Origin: Squalus acanthias | Taxonomy: Eukaryota | Direction of reading: 5' to 3' | Assembly (NCBI GenBank): GCA_030390025.1 | Contig: CM059431.1 | Span: 115,198,001-115,262,000 of the forward strand | DNA length: 64,000 nt | Shown: positions 38,714-50,464 of the stretch, in pieces | How positions within the stretch are numbered: the first letter of the stretch is position 1 | Layout: each line of letters begins with the position of its first letter | Notes under the pieces: generated by a model | Databases searched by the model: none | What the model saw: only the letters and a program-made list of their open reading frames with translations | What the model was told of the DNA's origin: nothing | Position numbers and translations under genes: made by a program

Positions 38714-39823
38714 GGCCGAGATTTTCCTTATCTTGGCGGGTCTGGTGTGGCCGGGGTCGTTGGTGGGTTGCAGCCCCGCTGCTGGCTCCATCCCGCACTG
38801 GAAAATTAATTTCTGTTGACAGGGCTTGTTAAGCCCACCCAGCGCGTTTCCCGGCCCAACTAGAGGAAGCGGGTCTGGTGATGTCATTCATGACACGTCA
38901 TCAGCCGGTTTCCTTAAAGGGACCATGGCCAACTTTTTTTTTACATTTGTGCTGTCAGTGTTCCACAGCATTGAGGTGCTGCAAGCATTGATAATCACTG
39001 CACAGTGGTGCAGGGCTGCACCCAGGCTCTCCCATGACTCAGAGCATGCAGAGAGGTCCTCTTCCCTTCCCATGGGCAGAAGAGACCTGCCCAGGAGACC
39101 AACACAGCTTTATTGCACATTGCAGAGGAGGTCACAAGCAAGGATGTTGTCAGGAGGATTTGGGTGCAGTGCCGCAAACGTTTCAATGATCTCATTAGAT
39201 CGTACAAAGCCACACTCACCTTCATCCTGCTGTGCCTCTCATCACATCCCCATCACTCTGCCTTCCCTACCCTACTCCTGCACATCCTTACTCACATCAA
39301 CTTACCTTGCACCTCCACCCATCCCTCTCTCTCTACATTATCGCATCCCCATCTCACTAGCCACCCCTCACACTCACCCTCATTCTAGTGCAATCATACC
39401 AACTAACAACACACAAGGGTAGCCACTTGGGTGTTTTATCCAATGTTAATGGAAAGTTTCTATTAATGTGCTGTCAAACATTGAAACCTTTATTTTCAAC
39501 ACTTTCCAGTCTTGGACAGATTTGTGTGCAGCTTTGGAAGTGGCTTAGTGAGTTGCAGTGAATGGTGAGACATAACGGTACCCCCCACAATGGTAGTGAG
39601 TGTGAAAGGAATGGCTTGGACATTGTAGGGATGCTTTATGGTGTTGGTGAGGGGTGGTGCCAACCTGGCGCATCATGTGGCAGCCAGGGTGTACAGCGTC
39701 AAGTGAAGTAAATCTGGCCATGGTGAGGCCATCCCTGGATTCCTGACCCGCTGTCAAAGAAACCCATTTTCCCACCCGACCCACCACTGATCCAGCCTGC
39801 TGACACCCCGGAAAATCTCGGCC
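38714..39823 (+). mobile_element. Harbinger deletion derivative with Myb-like relic
   Basis: Perfect 14-bp TIR GGCCGAGATTTTCC; HIAEEVTSKDVVRRIWVQCRKRFNDLIRS at ~39115-39205. Confidence 0.85.
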
Positions 39824-40394
39824 AATGAAACTCAAACCGTATAGCCTAGAAATTACAGTTGGCGATATTAGCAGATGAATGCTTAATATGTTCGTATGAC
39901 GATTCTTTGTTATTTTAGCAGAGCCATTAACCCATTTAAAATAAACAGATTCATCCTTGCAATAAAATTGCTGACAAAGGAATGTCATATGAACACATTA
40001 AACATTCATCCTAATTTTGCCAGTTTAATTTCTGGTCTAATGATTTTGACCATACACTTGCTTTTTTCTTAATTTTGTTACAATATCAGCTATATAGCAG
40101 TCAAAAGAAATTCATGGAGAGGGTTTTTGTGACATTACCAGTATAGCAACAGTGAATGACCAATTATTACATTGCTTAGCAATACAGAATGTCCTACCGT
40201 GTCGTCAACCCAGGTCACAATAAACAGCAAATTATAACATCTTTGACTTGGCAAGGTTATGACCAGTCTGTCTGGTCATGGAGACTGGAAGCAACTGCAC
40301 AGGCCTCACTATAAAGAACCACTAGATTATTGAGATCTTTAAACTTGTCTTATAGGTTGACTAATTATTGTAGTCTTGTTCAGTATTAAAATAC

Positions 40395-40660
40395 AACAAG
40401 AACAACAACAACTTGCATTTATATAGCATCTTTAACATAGTAAACATCTCAAGGCGCTTCACAGGAGCGTAATAAGGTAAAATTTGACACCGAGCCACAT
40501 AAGGAGATCTTAGGACAGGTGACCAAAAGCTTGGTCAAAGAGGTAGGTTTTAAGGAGCGTCCTAAAAGAGGAGAGAGGGATAGAGAGGCGGAGAAGTTTT
40601 GTTGCGGGGCAGTGGGGTGGGGTGGGGGCGGAATTCCAGAGCTTAAGGCCTAGGCAAATG
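40395..40660 (-). mobile_element. L2 3'-end fragment
   Basis: Collinear with 25815-26050. Confidence 0.85.
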
Positions 40661-41699
40661 AAAATAGAGAAATGTTGTGCTCTAAATTTAATGTATTAAC
40701 TATTCTCAGTTTAAATCGTGATTCCTTTTGTAGTATGGTAGTATGTATTCGTTGCACACTGGGTTACAAATGACTTTGTGCCATTCAGTATTCACAAAAC
40801 AAAAACTATCATGAGGAACCCTGCATCTAGTGGGATGGTGACTGTCGCTTCCACTGCTCTTTCACACAAACACTGTACAAGGAGTGTGCACAGAAGAGGA
40901 AAACAAACAAATATGTGGGTCAGAGTTTAAGTATAGTACTAATGTTCCATCCTTTAATTATTAACATTCTTAGCATGCCATATAGGATTGGAGTTGGAGG
41001 AGGTTTAGATGAATGGAGAGGGTTAAGCCTGTTAGTAGGAAAAGATTAACTCACTTAGCTGAAGGTTTCCGCTGAATGGTAAATGATTGGCTGTACTATG
41101 CACCTTATGTAGGTTGTATCTCAGGCAACTCCTTAGAGCTGGATGCTAAATGCCAAGATGGGAAGATATGAATTTGAATTCAATGAAATGGGCATTTGTG
41201 GACTAGCACCAAAGATGGATTGTCATAAAGGCAACCAGTTCATTAATCTGCTTCAGTGAATTGAACCTGCCACCCCCTACCTGGTCTGGCTACATGGTTC
41301 ACTCTGAATGCCCTCTGCAATAGACTTGCAAGCTACTCAGTTGTATAACAATTGCCAGAAGGGCCTCCAAATGCAGCCTTACCAGGGTTGCCCGCATCCT
41401 GAGAACAAATTTTTAAAAGTTCATGTGTACCAACCAGGAAAAAGGGGCAATATTGAAATTTCAGTTTGATATGTCAGTGAGGCATCAATAACATTGGCAA
41501 TTCTCTTTCAGTTTTATTTTAACACATTCACTAAGGGTTTGACGTTTATTGTTCAAAGATCACACTCTTATCTCTCTTGACACAGAATTAAGATTAATAT
41601 GAGGAGTACAGTCTTGGCTGATCTATATAAATCCAAAACTCATTGTCAATAGAACAGAGTGTATTGCTCCCTCTATAATTCTGCGAGTTTATCTGATGA

Positions 41700-42060
41700 G
41701 CAGCTGAGTGTTTCAGTTCAAGAAGGCCCAAAGTTTGATGCCCGTTCTGTACTGAATTAGCCAAAGCAGCAGTATTGGTGCTAAATTATAATTAGTGCCA
41801 TTGGGTTGGGGAGGGTTCCTGCTCCTGATTTCTACCAGGGAATCTTGCTGGAAGTGTGCATGCGTGGACCATTGACTGAGGACTGGAGCTGTGACATCCC
41901 ACATGGTCAGATAACCTGCTGAAACTCATTGTCAAAGCTTACGCATGAATAATAGCCATTTTAATGAGGTATTGGAGGCCACCTGGCATCTGTTGAACCA
42001 TATCCACGCAAGGGATGAATGCCTTCAGCGAAAGAGAAAGGGAACACGAAAAAAAGAGTT
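41700..42060 (+). repeat. Old SINE-like interspersed repeat
   Basis: Shares GGTTCCTGCTCCTGAT and B-box-like segments with 56990-57300 (-), 60050-60210, 63780-64000 and 10830-11100 (-). Confidence 0.5.
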
Positions 42061-42174
42061 TTAGTGATGGTGTAAAGTTCTTTTCATAGTATCGCAATTC
42101 TGATTGAATCAAAAAAACTATCAAAAACCTTCTTCTATGATGCTGTGCTCCATATTGTGCCTCACATCTGTTTA

Positions 42175-42290
42175 GTCATAGACAGTCTTAGAGTCATAAC
42201 GGCACAGAAGGAGGCCATCCGGCCCATCGAGTCCGCGCCGGCTCTCTATAGAGCAATCCAATCAGTCCCATTCCCCAGCTATAGAGTCAA
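42175..42290 (-). mobile_element. Short CR1-type 3' tail
   Basis: GATGGGCCGGATGGCCTCCTTCTGTGCCG followed by an (ATGACTCT)-like tail on minus. Confidence 0.7.
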
Positions 42291-42338
42291 AGTCATAGTA
42301 AAATGTTTACTGAAATACATCAACAAAGCTTGGAGCTC

Positions 42339-42401
42339 TGCATTGGCCAGGAATCGAACTCGGGTCTCCCACGTGGCAGGCGAGAATTCTACCCCTGAAC
42401 C
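42339..42401 (-). pseudogene. tRNA-Gly-GCC: tRNA-Gly(GCC) pseudogene lacking the 5' acceptor strand
   Basis: GGTTCAGGGGTAGAATTCTCGCCTGCCACGTGGGAGACCCGAGTTCGATTCCTGGCCAATGCA closely matches vertebrate tRNA-Gly-GCC from position ~9; the 5' GCATTGGT is absent. Confidence 0.85.
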
Positions 42402-42456
42402 CCTGTTTGATGAGTAAAAATTGTTATCTACACCCAGAGCTACAGCAGCAAAAGAA

Positions 42457-43149
42457 AGGCCAGAAATTCGGGTCGGAGGCTTCCCGCAGGTGCAAGCCCC
42501 CAACCTGCACTTATCTAGCACGCCTGCCGTTGTGCTCTGGGCCCGCGTGGAATTCCGATCCTGGGCCTCCTCCAGCTGCCGGTGTGCAGTGCTTGTGTAT
42601 CCCAGGGGCGCAGTTAGTTCGAAGCGTCCCCTGGGATCACATGGGCCATGGAGAGCCAATCAAACCTGTCAAATCTATGAATAGAGATCGGCCCCAAAAC
42701 CTCACTAAAACTTCAAATACATTTTTTTAAAAACATCACATTTTAAAAATAACTATAAATTACACAAAATAACTATTTTAAACAATAATTTAAATTTTTG
42801 AAAAAATTAATCACAGTTTTTAACGGGGCTAAAAATAAACTTCCCTTTCTGTGGAAAAAATGTTTTAATTTTAGTTAATTCACCACTTACCTTGTTAAAA
42901 GCAGGCCTTGCGCCTGCTTTTTCCCCACGCAGCTGCTGGGGACTTACCCTCACACAAAAACCTGAAAAAAAAACGGAAGTCCGATGCGTGCGCGCTGCCT
43001 CTCCAGCGCACGCATTTGACCTCCGAACCCCTTCCTTCAAGGGAACGGAAGTTCCGGTTTCCAGCGCATGCACGAAACCGGCACTTTCGTTGGGTCTACG
43101 GGTGAGTACACAGCGCGTACTCACCCACGGAGACCCGAATTTCTGGCCC
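42457..43149. mobile_element. Harbinger-type MITE (family M1)
   Basis: 17-bp perfect TIR core GGCCAGAAATTCGGGTC; collinear with 61331-62073. Confidence 0.88.
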
Positions 43150-43314
43150 ATTAATATTTACTTTTTAAACTGAATATATAGAAGTGTATTGGGGTATCTG
43201 ACGAGTATCTGGGTTTATTTCCTGGCAGGCTAAAGCTGAACATGCATCCCATTTTAAGTGGGTGGGTTAGAGGAACTGGCAGTAAAAGTCATGATTTATA
43301 TTGGTTTATATAGT

Positions 43315-43752
43315 TGTCAGCCTTGGCTGAGTGATAGCACTCTCACTACTGAGTTCGAAGATTGTGGTTCAAGTCCCACTCCAAACACTTGACCACATAT
43401 ACTAGGTTGACACCTCAGTGCAGTACAGAGGGAGTGCTGCACTGTTGGGGGTGCCATGTTTCAGATGAGCTATTAAACTGAGGCCCTGTCTGCCCTCTCA
43501 GATGGATGTAAAAGATCTCATGGCACTATGCAAAGGAGAACATCTCCCTAGTGTCCTGGCCAATATTTATCCCTCAACCAACATCACGAAAACAGATTAT
43601 CTGGTCATTATCTTATGGCTGTTTGTGAGACCTTGCTGTATGTAAATTGGCTGCCAACAGTGACTACACTTCAAAAGTACTTCATTGGCTGTAAAGTGCT
43701 TTGGGACGTCCTGAGATTGTGAAAGGCGCTTTATAAATGCAAGTCTTTCTTG
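43315..43752 (+). mobile_element. Near full-length DeuSINE (SacSINE1-like)
   Basis: A and B boxes (TGGCTGAGTG; GGTTCAAGTCC), central domain and L2-like tail. Confidence 0.85.
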
Positions 43753-45305
43753 CTTTCTTTAGCGCCAATGTACGTAACAGTAAAACCTAGCCCTTTGCTT
43801 CTTTATTGTAAAGTCCTCGTTATTATCAGTAGATCATTTCTGTTTGATCTGCTGTTATTTCCCACACTTTCAACGCAGCTATTGCCGGCACATATACAGT
43901 GTATGCATCATTTTCATGTCACATCAGTAAGTGTATGTATTTGCGAATGCCTCAAAATAGGTACTGCCATTAAAATGGTCGCCGAAAAAAAACCCCGCAG
44001 TGGCAGTTGCAGTAAGGAATGGCCGACTTACCTCTTATGGACCTTGTTTTCCAAATAGCTTTTCTCTACAAAGAAATGAAAGATATTGTTTGTGAAATCT
44101 TGCTACTGACACTTTTTTTAAACTGAAAAATTGAAAGTAACAAGATGAATCCTTAATGTCAGGTTGCCATATGTGTAGGCTTGACGTTGATCAGGAACAT
44201 GGACTCTGTCAGGATACGAGGCTGTGTGTTATACGCTCCAAATTTTGTCGCATACTCTGTGCTCATATTGCCATTGGGTATGGAATACAACAGCGATATG
44301 GAACATTGCCAGCTATCAAAAATATTCCACACGTGTGGAATATTACTGACACTAATAGCCTACTTGTATTTGCCAATATAGCCTGCAGCCAGTCCTTGCA
44401 GCATTACTGGCACTCTGCAGGATTTCGTAAACTAAAAATAAACTTCATTCACAAAGAGCCACATGCCTACTTAATAGATTTCTTGTAAAAAGCATGTGTA
44501 GATTGCTCAAGTTCAACTATTTCTAGGATTGATGGATATTCCATTTGAATTCAACAGCTACTTGAGATGTAATCATAAGAAAACAAGAAAAAGCCAAGGG
44601 TGAGAAAAAACCCATTGAGGGTTGTCCCTCTAGTACTCAAACTCACTCAGCCTCACATCCAGCTGTACTTCAAACTCCCTGAATGTTTTTCACTCTACCA
44701 GCTTACTGGGCAGATTATATTAAAACGGCGTTTATGTGAAAGCGCTCCTTATAGGCAAGGATCTGTGCTAGGATTTTGTGTTTAAAGAATCATGCCTCAA
44801 ATGTCTAACACCCTTAGAGTAAGGAATTTCTTTTTTTTTATATTTCTGTTTTAAGTTTACTGTTTATTAAGTTAAATATACAGGGGGGCGAAATTGGGCT
44901 CTGTAGCGCCCGCATTTTAGGCGCTACAAGGCCTCTTAAACTATGAAAATGGCATCCACGAGGCGTGTGCACGTTTCTAACGGGAAGTGCGCCGGACGCC
45001 ATCTTCATAAAAGGATTAGCACGTGCACACTTAACGACCGCCGGCAGCATGCAGAGCAGCTTGTAACACTGATTTGACACCAGCGCTGCCATTTTGGAGC
45101 TCCAAGCTCCAGCCTATGCCCTCTCTTAACCTCGCACATGCTAAACACGACGTTAAATGGCACTGAGGACCCCCCACCAACGCTATTTAAAGGGATCATG
45201 AACTACTTGCAGGTTAGTTGCTGGATTATTTTTCTGGCTGTTGCTGCAATTATACGTGTTTTGGATGCTTTTCCATACTTGTTTGAAGTTTTCAATAGTT
45301 TACAT

Positions 45306-46219
45306 TAGGGATTCTCAACCGGGCGTCCATGCCGCCCTAGGGGTCCGTGGGACGGTTTCAAGGGGTTCGCCAAAATAGTGCTAACTCAAGTTAAACCAAT
45401 CAAAATCCAGATGTAACCTCTTGTCAAGCAATTAACCAATCAGATTCTTCTTTTGCTCCAAAGTCTGAGCCCTCCTTCACGTTTTACCAATAGAAACTCT
45501 CGTTTCATCCATCGTCTCAATCCGCCACCCTCCTGACCAATAATCTTTGCCTAACTCGCACTTCTGGGTTAGATGTGGCCAATCCCGTTGTTCGGTTTAT
45601 TCGGCGCTTTGGACGGGCGAGGCAAAGCCAATCAGTGCAGCGATTACAGGTGGGGTGGGGTCGGGGGGCGTCGCTGTGCTTCAGGCATGGCGGGGCGGGG
45701 CGGGGTGATCCACTGCAGAGAGAGATACCCCAGGACTGGGCCAACGGGGAGTTCATTGAGGTTCTCACCAGCAGCATCAAAAAGATAGCGGATTTCCTCA
45801 ATTCATTCGGTAAGGAGCAGCAGCCAGTGAATAATAAATAACCAGCAGTAGCAATAGAGTCACCAAAGAAGAGCTTCTTCTTTACAGCCAGCCACTCTAG
45901 TTGTTGCCAGGAATGTTGGGGTTTAGGGCCTGGTTCAGGTCATATCCTGTGTTAGTTTGTCAATGGCTTGATGGTAGTGGAAAAACAAAATTGCATCTAA
46001 TTTCCAGTTATCAATTAAAGGGGGTGGGGTTAAAATATGATTGGAATTTCTCTTCCTAATTAGTCACATTAAGTAAGTAAAACAAAAATAATAATAAATA
46101 TATATGTTTAATTGTATAACTAATTTTTATGCATAAAAAATGTGTTGTGTAATGGGGGTCCGCAGAATTTTTGTAACATGGGAGGGGGTCCTCAGAAATA
46201 AAAAGATTGAGTATCCCTA
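45306..46219. mobile_element. hAT-type (Charlie-like) non-autonomous element
   Basis: TIRs TAGGGATTCTCAACC / GATTGAGTATCCCTA; imperfect 8-bp TSD GTTTACAT / GTCTACAG. Confidence 0.75.
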
Positions 46220-46301
46220 GTCTACAGGAAGTCATCTGGCTGGTGCTGAAGTACTTTTTTGGTGACTTAAAGGCTTGTGCACAAACCAGTTGCTTCCAGA
46301 C

Positions 46302-46452
46302 ATGGGTGGCCTAGTAGGGCTTCCTCTTGGCATTGAGCATGACTGGGAGAATGAGCAGAGGATACACAGAGCAGGACAAGCTGCTAGAAGAGGGAGGAGG
46401 AGGAGAAGGGCTCTCAGCAGGAGGCCATATCCGCAGAGGGTCTTTAGGGAGC
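46302..46452 (+). pseudogene. Probable N-terminus of a Harbinger (HARBI1-like) transposase
   Basis: ATG just after the acceptor TTCCAG|AC; MGGLVG...RRGRRRRRALSRRPYPQRVFRE, truncated at the deletion. Identity is inferred from position and the RVFR motif. Confidence 0.55.
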
Positions 46453-47997
46453 AGATCTGTTGGAGAACAAATTGCAGGAGTGCTGTGATACCCTAGAACC
46501 CCCTTTGCACACTGGTATCCAAAGCCATGATGGCAGCAATCTGAGCTTCCATGGCAGCAAGCTGAGATTGAATGACAGCAGTCTAAGCTTCCACTGCAGC
46601 ACTCAGACGTTGGGTGGATGCTGCTTGTGCTGCAAGGGAAGCTAAGACATCGGTCATCAGATGCTGCATCATGGTTGGCTCCACATGTGTGTTGATGGAA
46701 GTGGCCATGCTCCATATTAGAACGGATGGGCTCCAAGCTCTGTGCAAAGCCCTGTGCCAAGTTGGTGCTGGACTCCTCCATGCTCCTTGACATTGAACGC
46801 AGGCTTTCCGGCAGGCTTCCCAGTGCACTAAGCATTTGGGTGTGTACACCCATCAGCCATCTTCTGTAGCCTGGCCCATCAAAGTCCTCATCTGAGTCAT
46901 CTGCAGCAGAACTAGTGTGTGACCTCACCCTCCGGTGAGCTGGCACCTGCGCTATCCTTTCCCCCAGCCCTGGCTCCAGCGCTCTCATGCTCGGTGTCTC
47001 ACCATGTGCAGATCCTGCTTCTATGCTATCCTCTAAATTACGTGCAGTGTCAGTATCTCAGCTGGTGGCTGTGACTGTGAAATTGAGTAACAGCGTCCCT
47101 GCATCTTCCCTTTCTTCTTGCTCCTCTGCCACTGTCTGGGCAGCTTTCAGTTCTTGAGTATCTGAAATGAAAAAGGGACAAGGGTTGGGTTGTGGTGAGG
47201 GGAGAGGAGAAAGTAAGTAGTGTGTGCTTACCCCCTCTGCAGCTTGTAAATCAGAAGAGATTGAGGGATGAGGGAGAAGTGGGATGCGAGAAGGAGGTTT
47301 AGGTATGCGGACACCTTCATCTTCAGTCGCTTCAACCCTACCGGTGGCCACGGCTTCAGCATTGACCCTTCCCATAATGGCCAGCACTGTCTCCTCCATG
47401 GGGGTTAAACATGCAGGCAAGCCTCTCCCCCTACCATTAATTCCTGCTGCCTCGTGTTGTGCGCCACCTTCTCCTGCAAGAGAGAGGGAAGTGTGTCAGT
47501 GAGTGTCATGCAATATGTTTGGGTGATGTGGCTGTCACGGTTGAATAGCTGGCAGTGTGTGCAAGCTTTGAGATGTGGGTGCGAGGATTGCAACGGTGCT
47601 AAGTTTGTGAGTGTGAGTTAAAGCATATGTGTGTTAGGTATGGGTCCTGATTGATAGAGATTGTTGGTAGGTTAGTGATGGGGGTGGAGTGAATTGAGCA
47701 GTGGATGAGGCTAGTGGTGCAGTTGGTAGGATATGGCATTTGAAGATGCACTCACTGACCTTGACAACTCGTGTGAGATCATTAAGCTTCCTCCTGCACT
47801 GCATCCAGGTCCTTGGGCTACACTCCTGGCATTGAACTCTGCCGCTATCTTGCCACTGCCTTCTGAGCATGTGTCTGAAGGGCCTCCAGCCCCCCTGAGG
47901 ATACAGGACATCTCTCCTTCCTTCCACCTCTTCCACCAAAACCTCCAGTGCAGCGGTCCAAAAACCTTGGTGCCCGCTCTCTCCCATGCTCAGCCAT
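46452..47997 (-). pseudogene. Three-exon Myb/SANT-like pseudogene
   Basis: Exon 1 47997-47760, exon 2 47473-47315, exon 3 47161-~46452. Canonical GT-AG sites; the shared junctions match those of the 17619-20277 copy; frameshifted. Confidence 0.82.
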
Positions 47998-48759
47998 TGA
48001 TTCTTCCACAGCACAATAGTCAGAATGATCTCAGCACCACCAGCAGCCACAATGCACCTTCCCTTTAAGAGGTGCAGGCCAGCTTTAAGTAGTGCTAGGC
48101 ACTCACGATTTTGGGCTCCCTGCTGATGCGTGCAGCCAATGAACAGCGCAGGGAGTGCTGGCTGCACGCAGAAATCATCAAAATGAGCAGGCAGCACAAT
48201 GTTGGCATCCTGCCGGCAGAGCAATCGACAGGCACGGAATAATCATGCATCACGATCCCTGTGCCCGTTTTAGGAGATTATCCAATTTAACCCCCACGTC
48301 CTCTTATCTACTGACTAATCTTGAAATAATACTTAATATTATTTATATACCTCAATCTGGCCTCTTTTAACCATTTTCTTTCTAGATTGCAGAAAGAAAG
48401 ACCTGCATTTATATAGTGCTTTTCATCAGCTCAGGACGTCCCAAAGCGCTTTACAGACAATGAAGTACTTTTGAAGTGTAGTCACTGTTGTAATGCAGGA
48501 AACAGCTGAAGCTACTCCAGTCTTTCCTCATTGCTCAACCTCTTGATGCTTTAAGGTCAATTTTACAAATGTGCTCTATCAATGGGGAGTCACACCTGTC
48601 AGCCACGCATATCAGGAAATCGCAATCACGCTGCCCTCAATTTTCCATCCATTCATTTAAAGGACAGAATATCATGGTCAGGCTGCCTGTAATTTCCTGT
48701 TACATACGACCCATCAGTAGTGCATGTTCATAAAACCAGCCCTTTAAAATGATTCTAGT

Positions 48760-50095
48760 TGCTCCTATCAGCGCCACCTTCAATAAATCACCATTGACTC
48801 CTTCTGCTTGTCTAACATTTGGTCCTGGATTAGCCAATATTTCTTCAGCTCAATGTTGACAAACCTGAAACCTTTCTTTTTTGGCTTCCACCATTGCAAA
48901 CTGTGATTCAGGTCCTACATCCATCAGCCTCATGGACCGCCCTCTCAAGCTAAGTCCAGTGGTGTGCATCCTTAGCAACCAGTTAACCCTGAATTACATT
49001 TTTACCTCACATCCATCACCAAAACGGCATTCCTCCATCTCCTGAACATTGCCCACTATGTCCCTAACTCTCCCCCATAACTGTTAAAATCCTAATCCAA
49101 ACCGTCATCACCTTGAGGATTGATTTTTTTTTCAGCACTCTCCTCACTGGCCCCCTGCTTACACCCTTCTCCAGTTTCAGCTAATCCAAATCTCCATGGC
49201 CGTGTCCAATGCCCATAATGTTCCAGATACCTATCATCCCTTTCCTTGCCAAATTCCATTGTCCCCTTGTGTCTCAGTGAACCAACTTCATGATCCTCTC
49301 CTTCATTTTCAGATACCTCCATGGCCTTGTGGCACACTTTCTGAGTGATCTGCCCTACTGATACATCTCTACCCTTACCCACTTCTCCTCTGACTCGTCC
49401 TCTGCTCCACCATCAGAGGTCGATTGTCCAATCACTACACACCTAATCTCTGGTACTCTCTCCCAAAACAATTTTATCTTGCAACTTGATTGCCATCCCA
49501 TTTACCACCTTAAACATTCACCTCCTCCATCACCAGTGTACCGTGGCTGCAGTGTGTACCATCTACAAGATGCACTGTAACAACTCGCCAAGGCTTCTTC
49601 GACAGCACCTCCCAAACCCACGACCTCTAACACCTAGAAGGACAAGGGCAGCAGGCGCATGGGAACACCACCGCCACTTGCAAGTTTTCTCCAAGTCACA
49701 CACCATCCTGACTTGGAAATATATCGCTGATCCTTCATCGTCGCAGGGTCAAAATCCTGGAGATCCTTACCTAACAGCAGTGTGGGAGTACCTTCACCAC
49801 ACGGACTGCAGTGGTTCAAGAAGGCGGCTCACCACCACCTTCTCAAGGGCAATTAGGGATGGGCAATAAATTCTGGCCTTGCCAGCGACGCCCACATCCC
49901 ATAAATGAATATAAAAAAACTCTATCCCTGCCTTTAAAAGCTTTCCTTTTTGACCAGGCCTCTGCTCAACACCACCGCACCCCCCATAAATGTCTTCTTT
50001 CTTCCTGTTTGGCCTAACTTGACTACCACGTAAAGTACTCTGGGACATTCTTTCACATGAAGAGCACTATATAAATTGAAGTTGTTCTTTTGTTG
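48760..50095 (+). mobile_element. Degraded L2 3' region interrupted by CR1
   Basis: L2 relics (LQLNVDKPE.., HITKTAFLHL..) and tail CACTATATAAATTGAAGTTGTT. Confidence 0.65.
49487..49920 (+). mobile_element. CR1 3'-end fragment (family of 4489-5780)
   Basis: Near-identical to 5350-5780. Confidence 0.92.
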
Positions 50096-50464
50096 TGTGG
50101 TAACCAGAATTGTACACAGTACTTTGTGATCTGACCAATGAATTATATAAAGCCTTGTATAGCCTTACACTGTTCTGGCAGCGAGCCCCAATGTTCTATT
50201 TGTTTTTTAATTGCGTCTCCACATTCACTTGCTCCCAAAAGTGATGAACCTACTGTTACTCACAAGTTCTGTCCAAAATCTCTCTGTATTAACTCATTGT
50301 AATACATAAGTTACTCATCTTTTTCACTTAATATACAAAAAGTTGCATTCTCTGTATTATAATGCATTTGCCATTTATCTGCCAAATTGCAAAATTAGTC
50401 TAAATCCGATTGCAAATTGTTACATGCATCCCCTTTCCCTGCTGCTATTCCTAATTTGAGAGAG

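Larger units (their letters stand above)
44884..48295. mobile_element. PIF/Harbinger element with convergent transposase-start (+) and Myb-like (-) genes, internally deleted
   Basis: TIRs GGGGGCGAAATTGG / CCAATTTAACCCCC; both ends are homologous to 17245-20564; deletion junction at ~46452. Confidence 0.85.

Noticed and set aside
42339..42409. Functional tRNA-Gly gene
   Set aside because: The 5' acceptor strand is missing, there are several substitutions, and there is no adjacent T-run terminator.
44156..44488. 110-aa ORF in unique sequence
   Set aside because: No recognisable motif or splice context; the length is compatible with chance.
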